A DNA stretch of 64,000 bases from Marinoscillum sp. MHG1-6 (GTDB lineage Bacteria > Bacteroidota > Bacteroidia > Cytophagales > Cyclobacteriaceae): positions 63,498 through 127,497 of the forward strand of contig NZ_JAMZMI010000007.1 of assembly GCF_024714475.1 (NCBI RefSeq), given 5' to 3'. The notes beneath the pieces were generated by a model. It ran no database searches. It was not told the DNA's origin and saw only the letters and a program-made list of their open reading frames with translations. A program made the position numbers and the translations under genes. Of the stretch, positions 31,265-41,270 are shown piece by piece (within the stretch, counting starts at the first letter, position 1; each line of letters begins with the position of its first letter).

Positions 31265-32737
31265 TTATTTCTTATCCCCACTCTCCTTCGGTTTAGGAGG
31301 TTTAGGTTTTTCTTCCTTAGGTGGCGCTACCACCTCTTGAGCCTCTTTGACCTCTGCAGCCATGGCTTTGATTTCATCCGGAGACTTACCTTTCAGGTAT
31401 TCCGGCAACTCCATCCCCGCCATTCCAAACATTTCCTGAAGCGGCGGCACTGACTTATAAAGTCCGGAGATGAAGTTGGCAGTGGAAGACTTGTCATTGG
31501 TTCCATTACCACTCTCCCAAACAGTGATTTTATCGATTTTAATGTTTTTGATCGCTTCTGTTTGCAGTCTAACCAGTTCATCCAGTTTATCCGCAACAAT
31601 CAATAGCACGGCATCCCTCGAGTTATTTCCTGCGGCTGCAACCAGCTGTTTAAACCCTTCCGCCTGCTTCGTCAAAACTTCATAAATACCCTTCGCCTCT
31701 GCTTCCTTTTTAAATAGAATCGCATCGGCCTCACCTCGTGCCCGGCGTCTGATCATTTCCGCTTCCGCCTCAGCAGCAATCTCTACTTTCTCCTTATCAA
31801 TCCTCGCCGGAACGACTATATCAGCGGTCTGACTTGCCTGATCTCTCTCTGCTCTGGCTCTTTCCGCCTCTTGTTCCGCTGCATAGGCCTCCTCCAATGC
31901 CTTCGCAGATTGTACCTTTTCAGCAGCGATCGCTATTTTTTGCGCCTCAGCCTCCTTCTCTCTTCTCGCCGCATCGGATTGTGCGATTTTAATTTTGGCC
32001 GTATTTTCTCCTTCCACCGCCATGGCGTCCGCTGATGCCACTTTCACTCTTTGGTCCTGATGAGCATTGGCCTCACCAATTGATCCATCCCTTTCTTTCT
32101 CTGCTACGCTTTTACGAGCATCGTTGATCGCCTTTGCTGCTGCTTCTTTTCCAAGTGCCTCAATATATCCTGACTCATCTTTAATATCCGTAACGTTCAC
32201 GTTGATCAGTTTCAAACCAATCTTCTTGAGTTCGGCTTCCACATTTGACGCGACATTCGCCAGGAACTTATCCCGATTACTATTAATCTCCTCAATATCC
32301 ATAGTGGCTACAACCAAACGCAATTGACCGAAGATGATATCCTTAGCCAGGTCATGAATACTCTCCTGCGAAAGTCCAAGCAAACGCTCTGCTGCATTGG
32401 TCATCACACCTTCTTCTGTAGAGATACCAACAGTAAACCTTGATGGCACATCCACACGGATATTTTGTCTACTCAAGGCATTCGTCAGCATCACCTCAAT
32501 AGATATTGGGGTTAAGTCCAAAAATTCATAATCCTGAATGATCGGCCAAATAAAAGCCGCCCCTCCATGAATACACTTGGCAGATCTTCCTAGGTCATCC
32601 GCACCTTTGCCCACCTTTCCATATACAACCAGAATACGATCAGAAGGACATCTTTTATAACGACGAAAGAGTCCTATCAGCAGTATGAAAACAAATATGA
32701 CAACTGCTGCAACAATGAGGATAAATAGTCCTGCCAT
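31265..32737 (-). CDS. Flotillin-like SPFH/band-7 protein (YqiK/FloA type)
   Basis: N-terminal TM, SPFH domain, long Ala/Glu-rich coiled coil. Confidence 0.85.
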   Translation of the reverse strand: MAGLFILIVAAVVIFVFILLIGLFRRYKRCPSDRILVVYGKVGKGADDLGRSAKCIHGGAAFIWPIIQDYEFLDLTPISIEVMLTNALSRQNIRVDVPSRFTVGISTEEGVMTNAAERLLGLSQESIHDLAKDIIFGQLRLVVATMDIEEINSNRDKFLANVASNVEAELKKIGLKLINVNVTDIKDESGYIEALGKEAAAKAINDARKSVAEKERDGSIGEANAHQDQRVKVASADAMAVEGENTAKIKIAQSDAARREKEAEAQKIAIAAEKVQSAKALEEAYAAEQEAERARAERDQASQTADIVVPARIDKEKVEIAAEAEAEMIRRRARGEADAILFKKEAEAKGIYEVLTKQAEGFKQLVAAAGNNSRDAVLLIVADKLDELVRLQTEAIKNIKIDKITVWESGNGTNDKSSTANFISGLYKSVPPLQEMFGMAGMELPEYLKGKSPDEIKAMAAEVKEAQEVVAPPKEEKPKPPKPKESGDKK

Positions 32738-33313
32738 TTACTTTTTAGATTTAGTAACTACGAGAGTATTGTTATTAATTACATCGATTACAGATACGAC
32801 CGTTCCGGTTTGAAGGTCTTGTTCGTCATCGGAGATGGCTTCCAACTCACGGAGCGATCCCTGAACTTTGATCTGAACCTTACCGATATTTTCACGAGAT
32901 GCTTTTATGGGGAGGTACACCTGTCCAACGCCACCAATTGCGTTATTGATTGACAAGGTCCCAGAATCACTTAATTGACTGAAATAATAAAAAATAGCTG
33001 CCATCAACACCATCATACCCAACCCTGCAAAAAAGGCCCACATGAGTGAACTGAATTCTGAAAAACCTGACTCCAGGCATGCCAACCCCGTCCATGCAAA
33101 AAGCGTAAAGAAGCCAACAAAGTTTTTGAGGGTAAAAAACTGAAAACCCGCTCCATGATCAGCCTCAATATCCGTATCAACCGGACCCTCGGCATCCAGG
33201 TCTCCAGCCACGAAAGTCATAATCATTTGGATCAGGAAAATGAGGCTAAATGGAATAGCAAAGCCCCAATAAATTTGTTGAAGGTTTGTTAATGAACTCC
33301 ACCATTCGGACAT
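32738..33313 (-). CDS. NfeD-like/YqiJ-type membrane protein partner of flotillin
   Basis: Multi-TM N-terminus plus C-terminal OB-fold-like segment. Start abuts the flotillin gene. Confidence 0.6.
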   Translation of the reverse strand: MSEWWSSLTNLQQIYWGFAIPFSLIFLIQMIMTFVAGDLDAEGPVDTDIEADHGAGFQFFTLKNFVGFFTLFAWTGLACLESGFSEFSSLMWAFFAGLGMMVLMAAIFYYFSQLSDSGTLSINNAIGGVGQVYLPIKASRENIGKVQIKVQGSLRELEAISDDEQDLQTGTVVSVIDVINNNTLVVTKSKK

Positions 33314-33410
33314 ATAGGATCGGTTTGGGTTAAATGTTGCGTTAAAATATTTCTTTTTTCCTTAAAGTCATTGACGTTAGTTGCAAAATCTTCCTTTAAA
33401 CGGAACTAAT

Positions 33411-34562
33411 TCAATAACTCCACTTAACCCTGAAATAAACAACCTTGGAAACAGCATGATAATCACCGTTGAGGTTCTCACCAAAGTAAAGTTGACTAAT
33501 AAGATCGAGGTCCAGGTTTTGCAGAACTGAGTAAGTAACGTAAGGATTGATAAAAACGGATGCGTCCGAAGGAAAGAAAATATTCGAAAGGCCCAGATTT
33601 ACCAGCGGATGCACGGGATAGGAAGCCTGCACAAAGGTGGACATGCGATAGGGAGAAAGCGATTTAATATCGAGGTTAGACCTCGTATCCACAACAAATA
33701 GATCGGATTTCTTCTGTCCGAAAGAGGAATACAATACCGCACCATTGAAATAAAGTGAATTTGAAAACAGGTAGTCCAAGGTGGTGGATACCAACCAGCC
33801 CTGTTCATTAGAGTTAAATTGATTTAGGTAGGTAAGCTCCCCTTTGAACCCGGCGTTTCCAAGATTCCCGGCCCATCCAGAACCCAGGGCCAGATGGTTT
33901 TGCATGACACCACCCAGAAACTGAATATCATAATTCCATTTATTGAACTGATAACGACCGGCTGCTGTGAGTTCCTCAAAACTGTCAGCGACCTTGATTG
34001 CAAAGTCTACCTCTGAAGCAAAACCCGTGTATTTCTTAATCCTCAAAGCGTCACTTCCCGGGCGCTCTTCATAGTCAAAGTCATAAAATGAATAGGTATT
34101 GAATAGATCGTTAGGGTTCCAGGCCAGGTTCACTCCCCAATTGATACGTTGACGGCCGGCGGTAACCTCCCAATCATTCTTGTTCCACTGTAAATAAAGG
34201 CGGTCGATCATGGTGTGAATGACCACCCGGTTGTTATTGACAGACATCCATGACAGATCAAAGTAGTCATCATTCACGTCAATGAAACGTCCATAATCCG
34301 GAATAAGGCCCACCACATCTCCATGAAAGACCCTGGTTCGGAATTCTATTTTACCGGTGAGATGTTCATTGGGATACCAGGCCACATTTAACCTGTGATG
34401 AATGAGATTGTCAATGAGGGTGGAATCACTATCAACAAAATTGAAAGTGGACATATCCTTCAGGTATCCTTTTAAGAGCCATTTTTTTTCGTCTTCAGAC
34501 TGCGCATACCCTCTAAGAGATAAAAGAAATAAGAAGCACGTAACGAGTAGATAATACCTCAT
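33411..34562 (-). CDS. Putative outer-membrane beta-barrel protein, last gene of the ABC operon
   Basis: Signal peptide, alternating amphipathic strands, C-terminal aromatic residue. Overlaps the ABC ATPase gene by 4 nt. Confidence 0.5.
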   Translation of the reverse strand: MRYYLLVTCFLFLLSLRGYAQSEDEKKWLLKGYLKDMSTFNFVDSDSTLIDNLIHHRLNVAWYPNEHLTGKIEFRTRVFHGDVVGLIPDYGRFIDVNDDYFDLSWMSVNNNRVVIHTMIDRLYLQWNKNDWEVTAGRQRINWGVNLAWNPNDLFNTYSFYDFDYEERPGSDALRIKKYTGFASEVDFAIKVADSFEELTAAGRYQFNKWNYDIQFLGGVMQNHLALGSGWAGNLGNAGFKGELTYLNQFNSNEQGWLVSTTLDYLFSNSLYFNGAVLYSSFGQKKSDLFVVDTRSNLDIKSLSPYRMSTFVQASYPVHPLVNLGLSNIFFPSDASVFINPYVTYSVLQNLDLDLISQLYFGENLNGDYHAVSKVVYFRVKWSY

Positions 34563-35248
34563 TTTCGCTCATCCTTCACTACTCGTCCATCTTCCAACGT
34601 AATAACCCGCCTGGCTTTTTCAATCACACGCTGGTCATGCGTGGAAAAAACAAAAGTGGCACCTTCTTCCCGGTTCATGTCCGCCATGATATCCAGAAGG
34701 GAACTCGTAGACTTCGAATCCAAATTGGCGGTTGGTTCATCAGCCAATATGAATTGAGGTTTTGATGCCAAGGCACGAGCAACCGCCACACGTTGTTGCT
34801 GACCTCCGGAAAGCTGAGAAGGTCGTTGATTAGCCTTTTCGGCTATTCCCATTTGGCTTAGCAATTCCATTGCCCGGGCCTCACGGTCCTTTTTAGTCCT
34901 TTTTTGAAGTAGCATAATGAACTCTACATTTTCCATAGTCGTCAGTACCGGAATGAGGTTGTAGGCCTGAAAGACAAAACCTATGTTCTTCAACCGAAAG
35001 TCAATCAACTGGCCATCATTGAGGGATGTGATGTCCGTATTCGCCAATTCAACGCTACCCGAAGTGGGGTGGTCCAGTCCCCCAAGAATATTCAGTAATG
35101 TGGTTTTACCGCACCCGGAAGGCCCCACGATGGCCGTAAATTCACCCCTATCAATTTCCAGAGTTACGCCATTCAGCGCATGTACGGGAACTACAGTGTG
35201 ATTATAAATTTTCGTGATGTTTTCTGCTTTGATGATGCTCATGATCAA
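34559..35248 (-). CDS. ABC transporter ATP-binding protein (LolD/MacB-like)
   Basis: GPSGCGKTT, LSGGQQQRV, ILADEPT. Confidence 0.9.
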   Translation of the reverse strand: MIMSIIKAENITKIYNHTVVPVHALNGVTLEIDRGEFTAIVGPSGCGKTTLLNILGGLDHPTSGSVELANTDITSLNDGQLIDFRLKNIGFVFQAYNLIPVLTTMENVEFIMLLQKRTKKDREARAMELLSQMGIAEKANQRPSQLSGGQQQRVAVARALASKPQFILADEPTANLDSKSTSSLLDIMADMNREEGATFVFSTHDQRVIEKARRVITLEDGRVVKDERK

Positions 35249-35259
35249 AAAATTAGATA

Positions 35260-36474
35260 CTAAATCATATGTAATGCTTCAACCGGCTTCAGCCTAACTG
35301 CCTTCCAGGCCGGGTAGACGGCTCCAACAAAAGCCGTTATCAATACGGCAATAACAATTTGAAAATAGGTACCGGATTCTATGTAGGGATATAGGATAGA
35401 ACTGTACCCAAATGACTCTAGTCCTTCTGAGTATTGAGAAAGATCGACCCCGGTCTCGGAGAAATAACGAATGGTTAGATACCCGAGGCCTAAACCTATA
35501 GGAGCTCCCAATATTCCAAGGAAAATGGTTTCCAATAACACCAGGGAATATACACGCACCTTGGACATCCCCACCGCCATTAGCATTCCCAATTCCCTTG
35601 TGCGTTCCAATACGGCCATCAGCATCGTATTGATGATTCCAAAGACCAATGCAAGCATGATAATGACCATCAAAACGTATAGCATACTACCATACATTTC
35701 CTGCATCATATCCATCTCAGGAGAGATCTCCCTCCAGGTTTCAATCAAATCGTCGGGATACTTTGATTGATACTCGTCCACCACTATTTTTTCATCAAAA
35801 TGTGGTTCTGTCAGTATGGCTAGTTCATGAACCAGCCCACCCAATCCCAGTAATCTGGTCAGATCCTCTTGCTTCACAAATGCATACTGTTTGCTGATGT
35901 TAACCGAGGAACTTTTTACAATGCCATCCACACGAAAAGCTGCTGAGGTAATGTTTCCGTTGGCATCATTGAAAGTAAGCACCACTTTGGATCGTTCGGA
36001 CACTCTCAGTTCCTCCGCCAGTTGATTTCCAAGGACAATCGGGTTACGGCGAACATTCTGAAAAAAACTCCCCTCGGTGATCAGGGAATCCACAGCGGTC
36101 ACCCTTGTCTCGTTAGCCACATCCACACCACGGATCTGAACTCCTGATGCTTTCCGGGGAGAGGCGATCATTCCATTTACCAATGTACGGGTGGTCGTTG
36201 CTTTCACTCCCTCCCAGTGTCTCAGCTCATCGGCTTTTTGTTCTCCATTCGGAATGGTGAATTGCACATCTCTATCCGTTTTAAAATCTGGATGATGCAC
36301 CTGCAGATTGGAAACATCATGATTGATAATATCGGCCATATACCCTACCATAAAGGCATTCATGGCACCGGTGGCAAAAATCAATGCCCAGATCCCGACC
36401 ACGATGGATCCCATAACCACCAGGCTACGGCCCTTATTTCTCCAAATATTTCTCCAGGCTATTATGAACAACAT
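35260..36474 (-). CDS. ABC transporter permease, FtsX/MacB family
   Basis: N-terminal TM, periplasmic domain, C-terminal FtsX 3-TM bundle. Confidence 0.85.
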   Translation of the reverse strand: MLFIIAWRNIWRNKGRSLVVMGSIVVGIWALIFATGAMNAFMVGYMADIINHDVSNLQVHHPDFKTDRDVQFTIPNGEQKADELRHWEGVKATTTRTLVNGMIASPRKASGVQIRGVDVANETRVTAVDSLITEGSFFQNVRRNPIVLGNQLAEELRVSERSKVVLTFNDANGNITSAAFRVDGIVKSSSVNISKQYAFVKQEDLTRLLGLGGLVHELAILTEPHFDEKIVVDEYQSKYPDDLIETWREISPEMDMMQEMYGSMLYVLMVIIMLALVFGIINTMLMAVLERTRELGMLMAVGMSKVRVYSLVLLETIFLGILGAPIGLGLGYLTIRYFSETGVDLSQYSEGLESFGYSSILYPYIESGTYFQIVIAVLITAFVGAVYPAWKAVRLKPVEALHMI

Positions 36475-36485
36475 CTTATTAGTAT

Positions 36486-37709
36486 TTATGCCTCTCGCAT
36501 GGCTTTAACCGGCTTCAGTCGCTGCAATACAATCAAAGGATACAACCCAAGGATCATCGCCAGAATCAGTATCACCCAGGCCTGACTATAAAAAATGGAA
36601 GGCTGCAGTGAAAAGAAATAGGCTGCCTCAAACCCAAATTTCTCAATGGCTTCCGCTGATTCTCCCGAGAAATAAATGGGGTGATAATGATAGTAGATGA
36701 GAAAAGGAAGGGTGATCAATACCCCAATCCCCACTCCGATGGCCGACATCATGGCCATCTCTAAAAATATGATGACTTGCAACTGTATGCGCTTCATCCC
36801 AACAGAAATCAACACACCAAATTCATACATACGCTCCGCGGTCATCATCAGAAACGTGCCGAACATTCCAAAACCGATGACCGTATAAAGTATCCATGTC
36901 ATCAATTTGCCACTGATATTATCTATTTCGATTCCCTGAACCAGGTCAGGCATCAACATTTTCCATCCCATTACCTCCATGGTCTCCGGATCAATCTTCT
37001 CCGAAATTTGAGAGACGACACGATCAACATGCTTAGCCTTATCAATCACCAAGGCAAGCGTGGTCAATCGATTTTGTGCAGCATAGAGCCACTGTGCCTC
37101 CCTGAGAGGTAAGTAAATGGTCTGATTATTTTGTGCAGGTGAACGAAACTTGATGATGCCGTTCACCGGATATATCCCCACAGCAGTGGCTCCATGATAC
37201 CCCTGCCCCATCAGTACCACCGAGTCTCCTTTGCTTACTTTCAAATAGTTGGCAAGACCTTCCGATATCAAAATCGACTTATCCTCAGGAGTGATACCTG
37301 CACCTTCAACCAGTTTCTCGCCGTATTGTGTCAACCTGTTTTCCAGTTCGGGGTCGATACCTAACACCAGGCAACCCTTCGTTTTTTGCTCAAAAGAAGC
37401 CAGTGCAAAAGACTCTACCCTTGGCACCACTTCCTGAACCCCCGGTGTTCGGGAAATGCTATCAATAAGGCCGCTGTCAAAAGAAAAACTGTTGTCGATC
37501 GTCTTTTCATCCCAGTATCCCTTCTGATGCACCTGCACGTACCCGGTATAAAATCTGGCCGCATTTTCTATCATACGCTCATATGAACCTAGCTGCATCG
37601 AACGCATGAAACAGGCCAATAACACCGCAAAAGCAATAGAACCAATGGTTATATAACTTCTGCGTTTGTTTCGCCAAATATTTCGCCATGCCAGTATGAT
37701 GTACATCAC
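36486..37709 (-). CDS. ABC transporter permease, FtsX/MacB family (paralog of the previous gene)
   Basis: Same architecture. N-terminus MMYIILAWRNIWRNKRRS parallels MLFIIAWRNIWRNKGRS of the adjacent paralog. Confidence 0.85.
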   Translation of the reverse strand: MMYIILAWRNIWRNKRRSYITIGSIAFAVLLACFMRSMQLGSYERMIENAARFYTGYVQVHQKGYWDEKTIDNSFSFDSGLIDSISRTPGVQEVVPRVESFALASFEQKTKGCLVLGIDPELENRLTQYGEKLVEGAGITPEDKSILISEGLANYLKVSKGDSVVLMGQGYHGATAVGIYPVNGIIKFRSPAQNNQTIYLPLREAQWLYAAQNRLTTLALVIDKAKHVDRVVSQISEKIDPETMEVMGWKMLMPDLVQGIEIDNISGKLMTWILYTVIGFGMFGTFLMMTAERMYEFGVLISVGMKRIQLQVIIFLEMAMMSAIGVGIGVLITLPFLIYYHYHPIYFSGESAEAIEKFGFEAAYFFSLQPSIFYSQAWVILILAMILGLYPLIVLQRLKPVKAMREA

Positions 37710-37725
37710 TGAAGAGTTAAATGAT

Positions 37726-38469
37726 TCACCGTACTCGTTTCATATTTTGTAAGGAAAAGAAGGAATCATCCATTGGCTGATCAAATTCCATATCCTTATA
37801 AGTAATCACTGTTCGTTGGTCCGGGTTCTCAGCGGGTATGACCTCCATCTTTGTTGGGATAACACGCCCACCCATCTCCCTGATATCAGACATGATCATG
37901 GTGTTTATCAGGTACTCGTCTTCATCATAGTATTTTATTAGTAGCTCGAGATAATCCTTTTTATCAATGTATACCTCCAATCGGCCCCAAACCACTGCCG
38001 CATCGGGCTTCGGTATCAATTCAATTTTCCATGCTTCCCTCATTCCAATAATTGTGTCCCCAAGCATTTCATGGTCGTAATCTTCTACAATCGAAGATTG
38101 CTTGACCAGATCATCATTGGTAAAATCTGACCCCATCCAGGACTGCATCATCATCGATGGCGGCATTTTGATCACCCGGTTAATGGTCGGCTGCCAATTC
38201 CATAGCTCTGTTTCCCTCTTTAAAAAAGCCGATCCCTGATCCCGAACCGGAGCCGTGATCAACACCAGGCTGTATTCCGTCCCCTTCGTCCAGCTCTTCA
38301 TTTGGATTTCTCGTGACCAATCCGGGCGGATAATCTTCATGACCATCTCTGCCCGATTAGTCTCCCCTTGCATTTTTTGATTGGCTCTTTCTATAATCTC
38401 ACTGGCCGACTGAGCAAAGACGAGCTGACCAACAATAAAAAACAGGGATAAAATCAATATTCGTTTCAT
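37726..38469 (-). CDS. Outer-membrane lipoprotein-sorting (LolA-like) protein
   Basis: Signal peptide. Family assignment recalled for this conserved cluster context. Confidence 0.6.
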   Translation of the reverse strand: MKRILILSLFFIVGQLVFAQSASEIIERANQKMQGETNRAEMVMKIIRPDWSREIQMKSWTKGTEYSLVLITAPVRDQGSAFLKRETELWNWQPTINRVIKMPPSMMMQSWMGSDFTNDDLVKQSSIVEDYDHEMLGDTIIGMREAWKIELIPKPDAAVVWGRLEVYIDKKDYLELLIKYYDEDEYLINTMIMSDIREMGGRVIPTKMEVIPAENPDQRTVITYKDMEFDQPMDDSFFSLQNMKRVR

Positions 38470-38481
38470 GGCCTTTACTAT

Positions 38482-39057
38482 TTAAGCACAGTATTTTTTG
38501 ATCAGCATTTCTTCTATTTCGTCTAGTGGATAATCTTCCTTGATAACCAGGTATTGAACACCAATACCATCAAAAATCGTCGACAAAATCCTGGCCTCCG
38601 TTTTATAATCCTCCATGCCAATTTGCTGCAACAGTTGCTCAAGGAGTTCCACGTATCCTTTCATCTTGGTTGTTGCCAACTCGTGCACAAAATCGAATCG
38701 ATCAACATGAAGAGTCATGCCAAATATGAGTCTGTTCATTTTTTCATGATCTCTCAGCCATCGAAAGATCATCCGAAAGATATTCTTAAGGGTCTGCTTA
38801 GGGTCTTCATCAAACAAGTCGGCCATCATCTGATCACCAATCGCCGTGAGATCCTCAATGAGCACCTTTAGTACTGCTTCCTTGCTCTCAAAGTAGTTAT
38901 AGATCAACCCTTTCGAAACACCTGCAACTTTCGCTATTTGGGCGATAGAAGTGTTTTCATATCCTGTAGTACCGAATAGCTCAAGTGAAGCATCCAGAAT
39001 TTTCCTGATAGATGCCTCTCTTAACTCTTCAAACTGTTGTTTAGACCTTGGACTCAT
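38482..39057 (-). CDS. TetR/AcrR family transcriptional regulator
   Basis: N-terminal TetR HTH (GYENTSIAQIAKVAGVSKGLIYNYF). Confidence 0.8.
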   Translation of the reverse strand: MSPRSKQQFEELREASIRKILDASLELFGTTGYENTSIAQIAKVAGVSKGLIYNYFESKEAVLKVLIEDLTAIGDQMMADLFDEDPKQTLKNIFRMIFRWLRDHEKMNRLIFGMTLHVDRFDFVHELATTKMKGYVELLEQLLQQIGMEDYKTEARILSTIFDGIGVQYLVIKEDYPLDEIEEMLIKKYCA

Positions 39058-39251
39058 TTTATGACTGAACGGTTAGTCAATTAAAAAGTTGCAATGATTG
39101 CGCATTATAAAATACCAAACAGGAGTAATGCCTTATTTCGTAAGTGCTATTTATTATTAGCAGGAAAACATTACTTTGGCTTTTGCTAGAAAAAGCTAAA
39201 ATGTAGTAGCCTAAGCAAGATTTAAAAGAAGTACAGACGATCGATTAGCCT

Positions 39252-39818
39252 TTGGAACAAATACACGCCTACTATAAAGAACGCTTTGATATATCCGAGA
39301 AGGATTGGGGAATATTCTCGTCTAAATTGATTCAACAAAAATTCTCAAAACACGAGCCCATTCTGAATGAAGGACAAACAGAAAATTACCTTTCGTTCGT
39401 AGAAAGTGGTATTGTACGACTTTATATTCCAAAGCTCGATAACGATCTCACTTTTGGGTTTGTTTTTGAGGGTTCCTTCATGAGCGGTTACGACTCTTTC
39501 ATCACCCAATCTCCCTCAAAATATGCCGTGCAAGCTATTACAGATACCATACTATGGAGAATAACTTATGACGATTTACAGACCGTTTATGTGGAAAGCG
39601 AAATCGGAAACCTGATCGGAAGGGAGGCAAGCGAAGAGCAGTTTCTGATAAAATCTAAAAGAGAGCTTTCATTATTAAATAATACAGCCGAAGAGCGCTA
39701 TCTAAATCTATTTACTGAGAGACCCGAATTGCTGAAGAAGGTTCCGCTCAAGTATATAGCCTCCTATATTGGAGTCACCCCACAGGCTTTGAGCAGGATC
39801 AGGAAACGAATTAGTTAA
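39252..39818 (+). CDS. Crp/Fnr family transcriptional regulator
   Basis: cNMP-binding-like fold plus C-terminal HTH (YIASYIGVTPQALSRIRKR). Confidence 0.8.
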   Translation: MEQIHAYYKERFDISEKDWGIFSSKLIQQKFSKHEPILNEGQTENYLSFVESGIVRLYIPKLDNDLTFGFVFEGSFMSGYDSFITQSPSKYAVQAITDTILWRITYDDLQTVYVESEIGNLIGREASEEQFLIKSKRELSLLNNTAEERYLNLFTERPELLKKVPLKYIASYIGVTPQALSRIRKRIS

Positions 39819-39875
39819 CCCAGGTTCATTGCGGTTTAGCGTACATAAGTGGAATTTTGAACAAAAAACTCCGCT

Positions 39876-40328
39876 ATGAAACCGTTCATTCTACTCATTA
39901 TCGTTTTTCTGCTTGCTCTTGGGGTCATTAAACTTTCTTCAGGACAGTTCAATGCTGCGCTTGCAGGCAGAATTGCTATGGCTTGTATGCTTGTATTCAC
40001 GGCTATTGGACACTTTGCTTTTACCGACGGAATGGCCGCCATGATTCCCGATTTTCTGCCTTATAAAACCGAATTGGTATTCGCTACCGGAATCGCGGAA
40101 CTGCTTTTCGCTATTGGCCTGCTGCTTCCAAATTTCACGGGCTATACCGGCTGGTTACTCATCATGTTTTTTATTCTTATTCTTCCAGCAAATGTAAAAG
40201 CTGCAATAGACGGAGTTAATTACCAAACAGGGGAACTCACGGGGCCCGGGCTCACCTACCTATGGTTCAGGATACCCTTACAGTTATTGTTCATAGCCTG
40301 GGTATACTTTTCGGCAGTCAGAAGTTAG
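39876..40328 (+). CDS. Small 4-TM membrane protein (DoxX-like)
   Basis: Four hydrophobic helices. Family call tentative. Confidence 0.4.
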   Translation: MKPFILLIIVFLLALGVIKLSSGQFNAALAGRIAMACMLVFTAIGHFAFTDGMAAMIPDFLPYKTELVFATGIAELLFAIGLLLPNFTGYTGWLLIMFFILILPANVKAAIDGVNYQTGELTGPGLTYLWFRIPLQLLFIAWVYFSAVRS

Positions 40329-40405
40329 CTAAATCAAGTAAATTAGTAAATGATACAGACGAATCTGTATGCCTCTTTTTGACCTTCTGATCATCGAAAA
40401 ATGTC

Positions 40406-41023
40406 ATGGGGCTATATGACAAATACATATTGCCGAAAGTCATAGACTGGACCTGCCAGCAAAGGCCCAACATGAAGCAAAGGGAAAAAGTGGTCCCACT
40501 CGCCTACGGAAATGTTCTTGAAATTGGAATTGGTTCAGGACTCAATCTCCCCTTTTATGACCAAGAAAAAGTCAAAAGTCTCATTGGCGTAGATCCAGCC
40601 GAGGAAATATGGCGAGAAAATGAGGTCGATGCTCACTCACTTCCATTTGAATTTCATTTTATTAAGGCTTATGCAGAGCATACTCCCATTGATAACCATT
40701 CTATTGACTCTGCTGTAGTCACTTATAGTCTTTGTTCCATCCCGAACTTGGCCGCCACCTTCGAGGAGCTCAAGAGAGTAATGAAACCGAATGGTACGCT
40801 GATATTTTGTGAACACGGCAAGGCTCCGGACAAAGCAGTTGAAAAATGGCAAAATCTTATCAACCCTGTATGGAAGAGGCTTGGCGGAGGTTGTAACCTG
40901 AACAGGGATATACCGGAGATAATCAAAGCGAATGGATTTAAAATCAACCATTTGGACACCATGTACATTCCCGGATGGAAGCCCGCCTGCTTTAATTACT
41001 GGGGGAGCGCCACAGTCAATTAG
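40406..41023 (+). CDS. Class I SAM-dependent methyltransferase
   Basis: Motif I VLEIGIGSGLN, post-I acidic residue, PNGTLIFCEHG. Confidence 0.8.
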   Translation: MGLYDKYILPKVIDWTCQQRPNMKQREKVVPLAYGNVLEIGIGSGLNLPFYDQEKVKSLIGVDPAEEIWRENEVDAHSLPFEFHFIKAYAEHTPIDNHSIDSAVVTYSLCSIPNLAATFEELKRVMKPNGTLIFCEHGKAPDKAVEKWQNLINPVWKRLGGGCNLNRDIPEIIKANGFKINHLDTMYIPGWKPACFNYWGSATVN

Positions 41024-41270
41024 TTCGATACCTACCCGAACACAGTGGCTGGATCGTTCAGCTCGATGGATATTGGAGCTTTCGCTGTCGCAGATTAAGC
41101 GCGATTTTGACTCCTTTTTCATATTGTCAACCGTTCGTCAGGCGGTTACAATTCGTTAACATCTCAGAGAAATGGCTTTTCCCATTCATCTATTTTGTCC
41201 TCACTCCATTAAATTGAGAATTGATTTCCCGCTCCTAAAACATTAGTCCACTCTCTTTTAAGTAAGAAAA

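Noticed and set aside
30905-31296. Small ORFs in the dnaK-flotillin intergenic region (39-aa MEILLLVFLLFVLINQ... at ~30905-31024; ORFs 31033-31215 and 31090-31296)
   Set aside because: They are short and AT-rich with no motif, and the two track ORFs overlap each other on opposite strands. The 39-aa hydrophobic peptide is conceivable but unsupported.
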